From positions 1,440,001-1,472,000 of the forward strand of contig NZ_CP066018.1 of the NCBI RefSeq assembly GCF_016127575.1: DNA of 32,000 bases, written 5' to 3'. Origin of the DNA: Cupriavidus necator. GTDB taxonomy: Bacteria > Pseudomonadota > Gammaproteobacteria > Burkholderiales > Burkholderiaceae. Every line of letters begins with the position of its first letter. Position 1 is the stretch's first letter. The position numbers were made by a program, and so were the translations under genes. Shown here piece after piece: positions 1-8,316 of this stretch. Below the pieces are notes generated by a model that was given only the letters and a program-made list of their open reading frames with translations, was not told the origin of the DNA and ran no database searches.

Positions 1-30
1 CGCAGGAGGGGTACGTGGTGGTCGTGGGGT

Positions 31-60
31 AAAAGCAGAACGGGCCCCGCATGGGGCCCG
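31..60 (-). terminator. Rho-independent terminator after dbpA, probably bidirectional
   Basis: Perfect 8-bp GC stem CGGGCCCC (41-48) / GGGGCCCG (53-60) with a GCAT loop, 5 nt past the dbpA stop (65-67). On the minus strand it is followed by TTCTGCTTTT (40-31), on the plus strand by TCTTTC. Confidence 0.6.
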
Positions 61-64
61 TCTT

Positions 65-1474
65 TCACTCCGTCAGCATCCGCACCTTCACCTTCTTGCC
101 CTTGACCTTGCCGGCATTGAGCCGCTTCACCGCCTCGCGCCCGATGCTGCGCTCCACCGCGATATAGGTCGACATCTCCAGCACATTGATCTTGCCGATC
201 TGCTCCTTGGTGAAGCCTGCCTCGCCGGTGAGCGCGCCCAGGATGTCGCCGGGGCGGATCTTCTCCTTGCGGCCACCCAGCATCTGCAAGGTCACCATCG
301 GCGGCAGCAGGCGTTCATTGCTGGCGGGCCTCAGGTCGGCCAGCGGCTGCCATTCGAATTCGCCGCCGTGGTGCTGTTCCAGGTTGCCCACGCGGCCCAT
401 CTCGTCCATGCTGACCAGGCTGAAGGCCCAGCCTTCCTGGTCGGCGCGGCCGGTGCGGCCGATGCGGTGCACGTGCACCTCAGGATCGGGCGTGATCTCG
501 ACATTGATCACGGCCTCGAGCTGCGCGATATCCAGCCCGCGCGCGGCCACGTCGGTTGCCACCAGCACCGAGCAGCTGCGGTTGGCAAACTGCACCAGCA
601 CCTGGTCGCGCTCGCGCTGCTCCAGTTCGCCGTGCAGCGCCAGCGCCTGGTAGCCCTGCGCGCGCAGCAGTTCCACCAGCTCGCGGCAGCGCGCCTTGGT
701 ATTGCAGAAGGCCAGCGTGCTGACCGGGCGGAAGTGGTCCAGCAGGCGCCCCACCGTGTTCAGGCGCTCGCCTTCCTCGACCTCATAGAAGCGCTGGCGG
801 ATGGTGGTGTTGTCGTGCGTAGCCTCCAGCTTGACCGACTGCGGGTTGCGCAGGAAACGGTGGCTGAGCTTGTCGATGCCGGGCGGATACGTGGCCGAGA
901 ACAGCAGCGTCTGCCGGTCCTTCGGGCAGCGGCTGGCCACATAGGCGATGTCGTCGAAGAAGCCCATGTCGAGCATGCGGTCGGCCTCGTCCAGCACCAG
1001 CGTGTTGATGCCGGACAGATCCAGGCTGCCGCGGTCGATGTGATCCAGGATGCGGCCGGGCGTGCCCACCACGATATGTGCGCCATGGATCAGGCTGTCG
1101 ACCTGCGGCCGCATCGGCGAGCCGCCGCACAGTGTCAGCACCTTGATGTTCTCTTCGGCGCGCGCCAGGCGGCGGATTTCCTGCGTGACCTGGTCGGCCA
1201 GCTCGCGCGTGGGGCACAGCACCATCGCCTGCACATCGAAGCGGCGCGGATCGAGCCGGTGCAGCAGCGCCAGCCCGAAGGCGGCGGTCTTGCCGCTGCC
1301 GGTCTTGGCCTGCGCCACCAGGTCCTGGCCTGCCAATGTGATCGGCAGGCTGGCCGCCTGGATCGGCGTCATTTCGTCATAGCCAAGCTGCGCCAGCGTG
1401 GCGAGCATGGTGGGCGACAGCGGCAGGTTGGAAAAAGCGGTGCCGGCTTGCGGCTGGGCGGGGGTCGAGTTCAT
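65..1474 (-). CDS. dbpA: ATP-dependent DEAD-box RNA helicase DbpA
   Basis: 469-aa ORF with Q-motif/TPIQ, Walker A AKTGSGKT, DEAD (LVLDEADRM), SAT, HRIGRTGRA, and a C-terminal DbpA-type RNA-binding domain (GGRKEKIRPGDILGALTGEAGF...GKINV). Confidence 0.92.
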   Translation of the reverse strand: MNSTPAQPQAGTAFSNLPLSPTMLATLAQLGYDEMTPIQAASLPITLAGQDLVAQAKTGSGKTAAFGLALLHRLDPRRFDVQAMVLCPTRELADQVTQEIRRLARAEENIKVLTLCGGSPMRPQVDSLIHGAHIVVGTPGRILDHIDRGSLDLSGINTLVLDEADRMLDMGFFDDIAYVASRCPKDRQTLLFSATYPPGIDKLSHRFLRNPQSVKLEATHDNTTIRQRFYEVEEGERLNTVGRLLDHFRPVSTLAFCNTKARCRELVELLRAQGYQALALHGELEQRERDQVLVQFANRSCSVLVATDVAARGLDIAQLEAVINVEITPDPEVHVHRIGRTGRADQEGWAFSLVSMDEMGRVGNLEQHHGGEFEWQPLADLRPASNERLLPPMVTLQMLGGRKEKIRPGDILGALTGEAGFTKEQIGKINVLEMSTYIAVERSIGREAVKRLNAGKVKGKKVKVRMLTE

Positions 1475-1507
1475 GCGCGATTATAGCGATCCAGGGATGT
1501 CGATCCG

Positions 1508-2413
1508 TCAGTCATCGGCCGGCGGCGTCCAGTCCAGCCGCTCCAGCAGCGCCTGCGCCGCGGCCGGCGCGCGTTCCTTGGCGCCGTTGATAAAGAAGAC
1601 AAAGACTTCGCGCTTGCGCGCGGCGGTCTTGCGGTCTTCCACCGTCGGCAGGTCGTCCGGCTGGTGGCCCTGCGCCCACGTGCGCACCCGCGCAGCCCAC
1701 GCATCCAGGTCCCTGGGCGCATAGCCGGCCTTCAGCTTCGCGCTGCTGGCCATCAGCCGTGCATAGACAAAGTCTGCCGTGAGATCCGCCATCGACGGAA
1801 ACTTGGGCGAATCGGTAAAGACCGTGGCGGCCTTGTACTTGCGCGCGAGCTTGAGGTAGTCCGGCGACTGGAAGCTGTCGTGCCGCACCTCCAGCACGTG
1901 GCGCAGCTTCACGCCTTCCACCGAATCCGGCAGCAGCTGCAGGAAGGCCTCGAAGTCCTCCGCATCGAACTGCTTGGTGGGCGCGAACTGCCACACCACC
2001 GGCCCCAGCTTGCGGCCGAGCTCGGCAATGCCGCTGTCGATGAAGCGTTCGATCGATTCGCCGGACTCGGCCAGCACGCGCCGGTTGGTGGCAAAGCGCG
2101 AGGCCTTCACCGCGAACACAAAATCATCCGGCGTGTCGTCGCGCCATTTGGCGAACGAGGTGCGCTTCTGCGTGCCGTGGTACGTGCTGTTGATTTCGAT
2201 CGCGCTGAGGTGGCGGCTGGCATAGGCCAGCTCACGCGCCTGTGCCAGGCCGGCGGGATAGAAGTTGTCGCGCCACGGGGCGAAATTCCAGCCACCGATG
2301 CCAACCCGCACCGGCTCGGTGGACGTGGCGGCTTTGCGTGACCTGGCCTTGGGTGTGGCCTCTGAGGTTGCTGCAGTCCTGGATGCGGCCTTCGCCGCGG
2401 TGCGTGCTGCCAT
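1508..2413 (-). CDS. DUF72 (YecE-like) family protein with a Lys/Ala/Thr-rich N-terminal extension
   Basis: 301-aa ORF. The core starts VRVGIGGWNFAPWRDNFYP, with later SAIEINSTYHG and FVFAVKASRF segments typical of DUF72. It lies only 33 nt upstream of dbpA on the same strand. Confidence 0.85.
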   Translation of the reverse strand: MAARTAAKAASRTAATSEATPKARSRKAATSTEPVRVGIGGWNFAPWRDNFYPAGLAQARELAYASRHLSAIEINSTYHGTQKRTSFAKWRDDTPDDFVFAVKASRFATNRRVLAESGESIERFIDSGIAELGRKLGPVVWQFAPTKQFDAEDFEAFLQLLPDSVEGVKLRHVLEVRHDSFQSPDYLKLARKYKAATVFTDSPKFPSMADLTADFVYARLMASSAKLKAGYAPRDLDAWAARVRTWAQGHQPDDLPTVEDRKTAARKREVFVFFINGAKERAPAAAQALLERLDWTPPADD

Positions 2414-2497
2414 GGCGCGATCTCCCGAAACGCGAGACTGGCAGTCTAGCGGGAAACTGCGCCAGGCGGTGGCGGCGCAAACACGCCCCTGGCCAAC

Positions 2498-2534
2498 AAA
2501 AAAAGCCGGAAGAGGGCCAGGCCCCCTTCCGGCT
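2498..2534 (-). terminator. Rho-independent terminator of the DUF4382 lipoprotein gene
   Basis: GCCGGAAG (2505-2512) pairs with CTTCCGGC (2526-2533), with inner GGGCC/GGCCC pairing. On the minus strand the hairpin is followed by a run of 7 T (plus-strand A run 2498-2504). It lies 20 nt past the stop at 2555. Confidence 0.75.
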
Positions 2535-2554
2535 CCGTTCCCGGTCCCCCGGAA

Positions 2555-3724
2555 TCAGAACGAGAAATTCACCAGGGCGTCGGCAGCGCTCACGTCCGCC
2601 GGCTGGGTCTGCACCGCACCCGTGGCGCTGGTGGCCTGCACGCTGTACTTGCCCGCGGCAGCGCCATCCGGCTGCAGCGGAATCGGCAGCGCGGCCTGGT
2701 AGGTGCCGATCACCGGAGCGGCCACCGGCAGCGCCGGTTCGGTGGCAAACATGCTGTAGGCGCCGGTATCGCTGGCGGCAGCCGTCGCCGCAATCTCGAA
2801 ATTGCCGCCATTGACCAGTTGCAGCGCGCGCAGGGTCGCTTCCGCCGAAACCGGCGTGACCGAACCCGAAACCCGGCGATAGGTCGACGCCGGCAGCGAC
2901 ATCGGTGCCGCCGCGGTCGAGATCGCCGTGGGCGTGCCCACCACCACCGGCACGGCGCGCACGATGCCCGCCGCCTTGCCATTGGCAGAACCCGGCACCA
3001 CCACCACGTCAACTGGACCGGCCGTGCTGCTCTGCTCGATCGGTGACAGCTTGAAGTTGCCGTTGGCGTCCGCCACCGTCGACTTCACCACCACGCCGTT
3101 GCGCTCGGCATAGACGCGCGCACCCGGTGCCCCGCTGACCACGCCGTTCACTTCACCGCTGACGGTCATCGGGATCGCCGTCACCACCGGCTTCAGGCCA
3201 AAGGTGCCATTGCCGCGCGTGACCACCGACTTGCACGCGTCAAAGTCCAGCACCAGGTCGGTCAGCGTACCCGCTGCCACGGTGAACGGCCGATTGATCT
3301 TGATGCCCGACTGCACCGCGCTAGGCGTATCCAGCGTCTGCTCAGTGCCGCCGATGGGCACCACCGAGTTGGCCAGCGCACCGGCGCCGCCGCCACGGTT
3401 GGCATCGAGCACCAGGCGCACCTGCTGGTAGTTGCCGGCAGGCAGCGCGGCCTGGCCCAGCACCGTCATCACGCCGTTGGTCAGCGACAGCAGGTCGATC
3501 TTGCGCGCGGGCACGACGTCGATATCGACCCAGCCCCCGGCGCTCGTCTCGGCGCTGGCGCTGCTGTGCACGCGCACCTTGTTGACGGTCACGAAGACAT
3601 TGTTGAAGCCACAGGCCGGCGCATCGGTCATCGAGACCTTGAGCGTGCCCTGCCCGCCGCCATCATCGCCACCACCACCGCAGGCGGCCAGCGCCAGGGC
3701 ACCGCTCAAAGCAAGCACGCGCAT
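2555..3724 (-). CDS. DUF4382-domain lipoprotein with a carboxypeptidase-regulatory-like beta-sandwich region
   Basis: I moved the start to the internal ATG at 3724, giving MRVLALSGALALAAC-GGGG, a signal peptide plus LAAC lipobox. It is followed by GTLKVSMTDAPA...VFVTVNKVRVH...IDLLSL...NYQQVRLVL, typical of DUF4382. The ORF-track start at 3892 adds 56 residues without a signal peptide. Confidence 0.8.
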   Translation of the reverse strand: MRVLALSGALALAACGGGGDDGGGQGTLKVSMTDAPACGFNNVFVTVNKVRVHSSASAETSAGGWVDIDVVPARKIDLLSLTNGVMTVLGQAALPAGNYQQVRLVLDANRGGGAGALANSVVPIGGTEQTLDTPSAVQSGIKINRPFTVAAGTLTDLVLDFDACKSVVTRGNGTFGLKPVVTAIPMTVSGEVNGVVSGAPGARVYAERNGVVVKSTVADANGNFKLSPIEQSSTAGPVDVVVVPGSANGKAAGIVRAVPVVVGTPTAISTAAAPMSLPASTYRRVSGSVTPVSAEATLRALQLVNGGNFEIAATAAASDTGAYSMFATEPALPVAAPVIGTYQAALPIPLQPDGAAAGKYSVQATSATGAVQTQPADVSAADALVNFSF

Positions 3725-3989
3725 CGGCGCGGAAGTCAAGGAAAGGACTGACACGGTAGGCTCTCCGTTTGGGTTATTTGTGAGTTGATCGGAGGATATG
3801 TTGCCGATCGCATAACGGCTGTAAGTCTTTGTAATACGTTGTGAAAAAGTCGTTAGCTTGTCTGATGACTGATCAGAAAGGCTTGACGACATATGTGATC
3901 CCGCCCAAGCCGCCGTCGGATGCGCTGCGGCAAGCGTTCTGCTGCGGCTGCCGTCATGCCCATGAACGCCGTATCAACATCATCGCTGC

Positions 3990-4016
3990 ATTGCAACGCC
4001 GCTTGTATTGCAACGC
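3990..4016. repeat. Direct repeat ATTGCAACGC x2 in the divergent intergenic region
   Basis: ATTGCAACGC occurs at 3990-3999 and again at 4007-4016 (17-bp period), inside the 560-bp non-coding spacer between the lipoprotein and MCP genes. Confidence 0.6.
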
Positions 4017-4285
4017 ATCCGATTTGGCGTTTGATCAGGCCGAAACCCGCTCCCACCCGCTCCTGCGTGTGTTCGCGTTACGAATGCAGATCCACCAGCG
4101 CGCATTCCCGAACCGCGCAAGCGCACTATCGTGCACCAACTTGGCGTGTTGTGTCGTCAACCTGATCACATTCGACAGGGTTTCTCCTGTCGGCCTCAAG
4201 TCGGGCGCACCCGCTCCGTATACAGCGGGGTGGAAATCCCACACACAAACGCCCCCAAACGATTCCCTACGAAGGATCTCCCCTG

Positions 4286-6085
4286 ATGTTCACTACCATC
4301 CGTGCGCGGATCGTGGCCCTGTGCGTGGCCATCGTCATCGCCGCGCTCGCCATCAATACGGCGCTGAACCAGTTCGTCGCCAACCGCTATAACGAAGACG
4401 CCATCGACAGTAGCCTCGCGGCAGTGCAGAGCGGCCACGCCAGCGCCATCGCCGACTGGGTGGCCTCGCACAGCCAGATGATCCAGTCGCTGCAGGACGC
4501 CATGCTGCAGCCCGAACCCGATGCTGCGCTCAGGCAGATTGCCGACGCCGGCGGCTTCACCAACGTCTACGTCGGCTACGCCGACAAGACCGCGAAGTTC
4601 TCCAACCCGCAAGGCATCCCGCCCGGCTACGACCCGACAGGCCGCCCCTGGTACCAGCAGGCTGCCACGGCCGGCAAACCCGTGGTCACGCCGCCCTATG
4701 TCGATGCCGGCACCGGCAAGCTGGTGGTGGCATTTGCCGCGCCAGTGGTGCGCGACGGCGGCGTCAAGGCCGTGGTGTCCGGCGATGTGGCGATGGACAG
4801 CGTGATCGCCAACGTCAAGGCGATCCACCCCACGCCGGCAAGCTTCGGCATGCTGGTGGCCAGGAACGGCGACATCGTCGCCCACACCGACGACAAGCTC
4901 ACGCTCAAGCCGGTGACGGAACTCGCGCCTGCGCTGAACGCCGACAAGCTCGCCGCACTGGCCGGCGCAAAGACGCCGCTGGAAGTCGAAGTCGGCGGCA
5001 GCGCCAAACTGCTCGGCGCGCGCGCCATCCCCGGCACCGACTGGATGGTCATCGTCGCCCTGGACAAGGCCGAGGCCACCGCCGGCATGCGCTCAGTGCT
5101 GATCGCATCGGTGATCGCAATGGTACTGATCGCAGGCATGGCCGCCGCCGTAGTGTGGGGCGTGGCAACGATGTCGTTGCGCGGCCTGTCCACCGTGCGC
5201 GATGCCATGGACGCCATCGGCTCCGGCGACGGCGACCTGACCCAGCGCCTGCCCGCCGACGGCAACGACGAAGTCGCGCAGATCGCGCGCGCCTTCAACA
5301 CCTTTGCCGACAAGCTCTGCACCATCATGCGCCAGATCCGCGACGCCAGCGAATCGGTGCGCGCCGCCTCCGACGAGATCGCCGCCGGCAACACGGACCT
5401 GTCGCGCCGCACCGAATCCGCCGCCGCCAGCCTGCAGCAGACCGCGGCCTCGATGGAAGAAATCACCGCCACCGTCAGCCAGTCGGCCAGCTCGGCCCAG
5501 CACGCCAACGAATCCGTCACCGCGGCCTCGCGCGTGGCCGCCGACGGCGGCGTCGTGATCGGCGAAGTCATCACCACCATGGGCCAGATCGAGAACGCCT
5601 CGGTCAGGGTCTCCGACATCATCGGCGTGATCGAAGGCATCGCCTTCCAGACCAACATCCTGGCGCTCAACGCCGCGGTCGAAGCCGCCCGCGCCGGCGA
5701 CCAGGGCCGCGGCTTCGCCGTGGTGGCGGGCGAAGTGCGCGCGCTGGCCCAGCGCAGCGCCCAGGCCGCCAAGGAGATCAAGACCCTGATCGAATCCACC
5801 GTAGGCGGCGTCAGCTCCGGCTCCGGCCAGGTCCGCCGCGCCGGCGACACCATGAGCGAGATCGTCAGCAACGTCTCCAGGGTGACCGGCATTATTTCCG
5901 AGATCACTCAAGCAGCCATGGAACAGACCCGCGGTATTCAAGAGGTGAATATGGCGGTGAGCCAGCTGGATCAGATGGTGCAGCAGAATGCGGCGCTGGT
6001 TGAGCAATCCACGGCGGCTGCCGCGGCGCTGCAGACGCAGGCCGGGAGCCTGGCGGGGGCGGTGGGGCAGTTCAGGTTGGGGTGA
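4286..6085 (+). CDS. Methyl-accepting chemotaxis protein with dCache_1 sensor, HAMP and MCP signalling domain
   Basis: 599-aa ORF with an AAGGA RBS. It has an N-terminal TM, a periplasmic Cache region, a second TM ([24 protein letters not shown]) and HAMP. The conserved hairpin tip is [41 protein letters not shown]. Confidence 0.92.
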   Translation: MFTTIRARIVALCVAIVIAALAINTALNQFVANRYNEDAIDSSLAAVQSGHASAIADWVASHSQMIQSLQDAMLQPEPDAALRQIADAGGFTNVYVGYADKTAKFSNPQGIPPGYDPTGRPWYQQAATAGKPVVTPPYVDAGTGKLVVAFAAPVVRDGGVKAVVSGDVAMDSVIANVKAIHPTPASFGMLVARNGDIVAHTDDKLTLKPVTELAPALNADKLAALAGAKTPLEVEVGGSAKLLGARAIPGTDWMVIVALDKAEATAGMRSVLIASVIAMVLIAGMAAAVVWGVATMSLRGLSTVRDAMDAIGSGDGDLTQRLPADGNDEVAQIARAFNTFADKLCTIMRQIRDASESVRAASDEIAAGNTDLSRRTESAAASLQQTAASMEEITATVSQSASSAQHANESVTAASRVAADGGVVIGEVITTMGQIENASVRVSDIIGVIEGIAFQTNILALNAAVEAARAGDQGRGFAVVAGEVRALAQRSAQAAKEIKTLIESTVGGVSSGSGQVRRAGDTMSEIVSNVSRVTGIISEITQAAMEQTRGIQEVNMAVSQLDQMVQQNAALVEQSTAAAAALQTQAGSLAGAVGQFRLG

Positions 6086-6108
6086 GATTGGCTCCATCCT
6101 TAAGCTAA

Positions 6109-6172
6109 TCTCCGCAAATTCTGCGGAGAATGGCCCCGCCAGACTCCGCAGAGACCAAAAAAGGGGCCATTC
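6109..6172. terminator. Nested inverted repeats in the convergent MCP/MerR spacer (possible bidirectional terminator)
   Basis: TCTCCGCA (6109-6116) pairs with TGCGGAGA (6122-6129) across an AATTC loop. A third copy CTCCGCAG lies at 6144-6151. An outer stem GAATGGCCCC (6128-6137) pairs with GGGGCCATTC (6163-6172), enclosing an A6 run. There is no classical U tract after the first hairpin. Confidence 0.35.
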
Positions 6173-6196
6173 GAAACGCTTGTTCAGGGCGGAACG

Positions 6197-6631
6197 TCAG
6201 TCCATTGGAAGCCCGTGGGCATGCTTCCTTCCACCAATCGCCCCCGACGCCGCCGCCCGCAGGATCCGCTGGAACGTCGGGCACTCCATATGCCTTGGCG
6301 CCGGACAAACCGCCGCATGCCGCAGTCCGTCGCGCATCGCCGTCAGCTTGCGGATGGTCCGGTCCAGCTCATCCGCCTTGGCCGCCAGCACCTGCCGGTC
6401 GATGTTCGGCTGGCCCTGTGGCGAGAACATCCGTGCGATGTCATCCAGCGAGAAACCGGCGGCACGCCCCAGTGCGATCAGCGCCAGCCGCTCCAGCACG
6501 CCGGCATCGAACACGCGCCGCATCCCGCGCCGGCCGATGGACGCGATCAGCCCCTTTTCCTCGTAGTACCGCAGCGTCGAGGCCGGCACGCCAGCCTGCC
6601 GGGCCACTTCCGCAATATCCAGGCTTGTCAC
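6197..6631 (-). CDS. MerR-family transcriptional regulator with a CueR-like C-x7-C-P loop
   Basis: 144 aa with a GTG start. It has the N-terminal HTH LDIAEVARQAGVPASTLRYYEEKGLI and a dimerisation helix. This is followed by CPAPRHMECP, placed where the CueR/ZntR metal-binding loop sits. Confidence 0.85.
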   Translation of the reverse strand: MTSLDIAEVARQAGVPASTLRYYEEKGLIASIGRRGMRRVFDAGVLERLALIALGRAAGFSLDDIARMFSPQGQPNIDRQVLAAKADELDRTIRKLTAMRDGLRHAAVCPAPRHMECPTFQRILRAAASGAIGGRKHAHGLPMD

Positions 6632-6634
6632 CGC

Positions 6635-6660
6635 TTGACCTCAAGTCGACTTGAACTGGC
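6635..6660 (+). promoter_or_regulatory. MerR-type promoter/operator: -35 TTGACC plus a 14-bp perfect palindrome in the spacer
   Basis: TTGACC lies at 6635-6640, directly followed by the perfect palindrome TCAAGTCGACTTGA (6641-6654). A 19-nt spacer would place a weak -10 CACAGT at 6660-6665. The site lies between the divergent merR-like gene and the methyltransferase gene. Confidence 0.5.
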
Positions 6661-6705
6661 ACAGTGTAGCTTCCATGCCAGGGCGGCGTGCAAGGAGATA
6701 CGACC

Positions 6706-7596
6706 ATGGGTGAGCAACAGCAGACCAGCAGCAACGGCGGCGACCAGGCCGCACTGTGGAACGGCCCGTCCGGCCATGCCTGGGTCGCGGAGCAGGCGGT
6801 GCTCGACGACATGCTCCGGCCGCTGGAAGGCCGGCTTGTCGATACGGTGGGCAAGACTTCCGCGCAGCATGTGCTCGATGTCGGCTGCGGCACCGGCAGC
6901 ACTACGATCGCGCTGGCGCGCAAGCTCGGCGCGCAAGGCAGATGCACCGGCATCGATATTTCCGAGCCGATGCTCGCCGCTGCACGGGCACGCGCGCAAC
7001 ACAACGGCTCGACCGCCAGCTTTATTCGCGCCGACGCGCAGGACTACGCCTTCGCGCCAGCAAGCTTCGACAGCATCGTGTCGCGCCTGGGCGTGATGTT
7101 CTTCAGCGATCCGGTGCGGGCCTTTGCCAACCTGCGCCGGGCCGCAACACCGGATGCCACGCTCCACTGCATCGCCTGGCGCAGCGCCTCAGAGAATCCG
7201 TTCATGACCACCGCCGAGCGAGCGGCCGCACCGCTGCTGTCCAACCTGCCGCCGCGGCAGCCGGGGGCGCCGGGGCAGTTCGCCTTCGGCGACCGCCAGC
7301 GCGTGCAGGCCATCCTGGAAGAGGGCGGCTGGGGCGGGATCGATGTCGAGCCGATCGACTTCGCCTGCACGCTGCCGGAGCCTGCGCTGGTGGACTACCT
7401 GTCCCGCCTGGGTCCCGTCGGACTGGCCCTGCGCGAGGCCGATGCAAGCACACGCGCCAGCGTCATCGAAACCGTCCGCGCGGCATTCGAGCCTTACGTT
7501 CATGGCGCAACTGTGCGCTACACCGCTGCCTGCTGGATGATCACCGCCCGCGCTGCGGCTTCATCACTGACCGCCGGCGAGTCTGCCCATGCCTGA
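6706..7596 (+). CDS. Class I SAM-dependent methyltransferase
   Basis: I chose the ATG at 6706 because AAGGAGA lies at 6692-6698; the ORF-track start at 6688 is a GTG. SAM motif I is VLDVGCGTGSTT, with downstream acidic and post-I motifs (GIDISEPML, FIRADAQ). Confidence 0.85.
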   Translation: MGEQQQTSSNGGDQAALWNGPSGHAWVAEQAVLDDMLRPLEGRLVDTVGKTSAQHVLDVGCGTGSTTIALARKLGAQGRCTGIDISEPMLAAARARAQHNGSTASFIRADAQDYAFAPASFDSIVSRLGVMFFSDPVRAFANLRRAATPDATLHCIAWRSASENPFMTTAERAAAPLLSNLPPRQPGAPGQFAFGDRQRVQAILEEGGWGGIDVEPIDFACTLPEPALVDYLSRLGPVGLALREADASTRASVIETVRAAFEPYVHGATVRYTAACWMITARAAASSLTAGESAHA

Positions 7597-8092
7597 TACA
7601 GCGGTGGCCCTCCTGCTCAATGCAATCGTGATCGGCACCGGCGCAACGCTGGTGATGGACGCCTGGGCCATCCTGCGCAAGCGGCTGCTGGGCGTCCCTG
7701 CGCTGGACTATGGACTCGTAGGCCGTTGGCTCGCGTGGCTGCCGCGAGGACGCCTTTGCCACCATCCCATCGCCGCATCGCCGCCGGTGCGCGGCGAGCG
7801 CGGGATCGGCTGGATCGCGCATTACCTGACCGGCATCGTGTTCGCGGCCATCCTGCTGGGGCTATGGGGACTCGACTGGGCACATCATCCGACGCTGGCA
7901 CCCGCGTTGATCGTCGGCATCGGCAGTGTGGCGGCACCGTTCCTGCTGATGCAGCCGGCGATGGGTGCCGGCATCGCCGCGAGCCGCACGCCGCGGCCAA
8001 ACGTGGCACGGGTGCATAGCCTGGTGACGCATGCGGTGTTCGGGCTGGGGCTCTATGTGGCGGGTTGGGTCGTGAGCCTGGTAGCGAACTGA
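7589..8092 (+). CDS. DUF2938-family integral membrane protein
   Basis: 167 aa and hydrophobic. It contains GTGATLVMDAWAIL...LDYGLVGRW...GERGIGWIAHYLTGIVFA as in DUF2938. Its ATG overlaps the methyltransferase stop by 8 nt (ATGCCTGA), implying co-translation. Confidence 0.75.
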   Translation: MPDTAVALLLNAIVIGTGATLVMDAWAILRKRLLGVPALDYGLVGRWLAWLPRGRLCHHPIAASPPVRGERGIGWIAHYLTGIVFAAILLGLWGLDWAHHPTLAPALIVGIGSVAAPFLLMQPAMGAGIAASRTPRPNVARVHSLVTHAVFGLGLYVAGWVVSLVAN

Positions 8093-8101
8093 CAAGCGGG
8101 C

Positions 8102-8122
8102 ACAGCGGCAGGCTGCCGTTGT
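8102..8122 (+). terminator. Weak hairpin after the DUF2938 gene
   Basis: ACAGCGGCAG-G-CTGCCGTTGT is an imperfect stem 10 nt past the stop at 8092. There is no T tract. Confidence 0.25.
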
Positions 8123-8316
8123 CAGATCCAAGGCCGAGGAGAAACCTCCGCGGCTTTCCGGATTTATGGCCTCAGCCAGGCATCGGAGACCGCGCCCAAA
8201 GTTTGCCGCCCGCTTCTGTGGGCTATCGAACCGTAGATTGCTGGCGCCGCTCCAGAATAGAAGTCCATCGGCGCCCGCTTCAGCGCCGGACGATCCCCAC
8301 CATCACGGGCGACAGG

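Noticed and set aside
1-32. Possible 3-prime end of a plus-strand gene (…QEGYVVVVG-TAA)
   Set aside because: Only 10 codons are visible, which is too little to support a call. It is mentioned only because the hairpin at 41-60 could serve it as well.
368-1486. 372-aa plus-strand ORF opposite dbpA, and similar long shadow ORFs (4696-5907, 5093-6097, 16381-17760, 18067-18780, 18546-19265, 11234-11968)
   Set aside because: All of them overlap genes with strong motif support on the other strand or frame and lack motifs themselves. They are GC-driven shadow ORFs.
4120-4160. Possible sigma-54 promoter (TGGCGT...GTCG) upstream of the MCP gene
   Set aside because: The GG and GC dinucleotides do not fall at the required 10-nt spacing, and the -12 TTGC element is absent.
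3841-4392. 183-aa plus-strand ORF in the lipoprotein/MCP spacer
   Set aside because: It has a GTG start with no RBS, no recognisable family, and a Cys/Arg/His-rich irregular sequence. It runs out of frame into the well-supported MCP gene. The spacer itself is kept as an unexplained region in the findings.
8065-8316. Upstream 84 codons of the 371-aa track ORF
   Set aside because: It overlaps the end of the DUF2938 gene and a hairpin. A canonical signal peptide begins at the ATG at 8317, so the shorter model is preferred.
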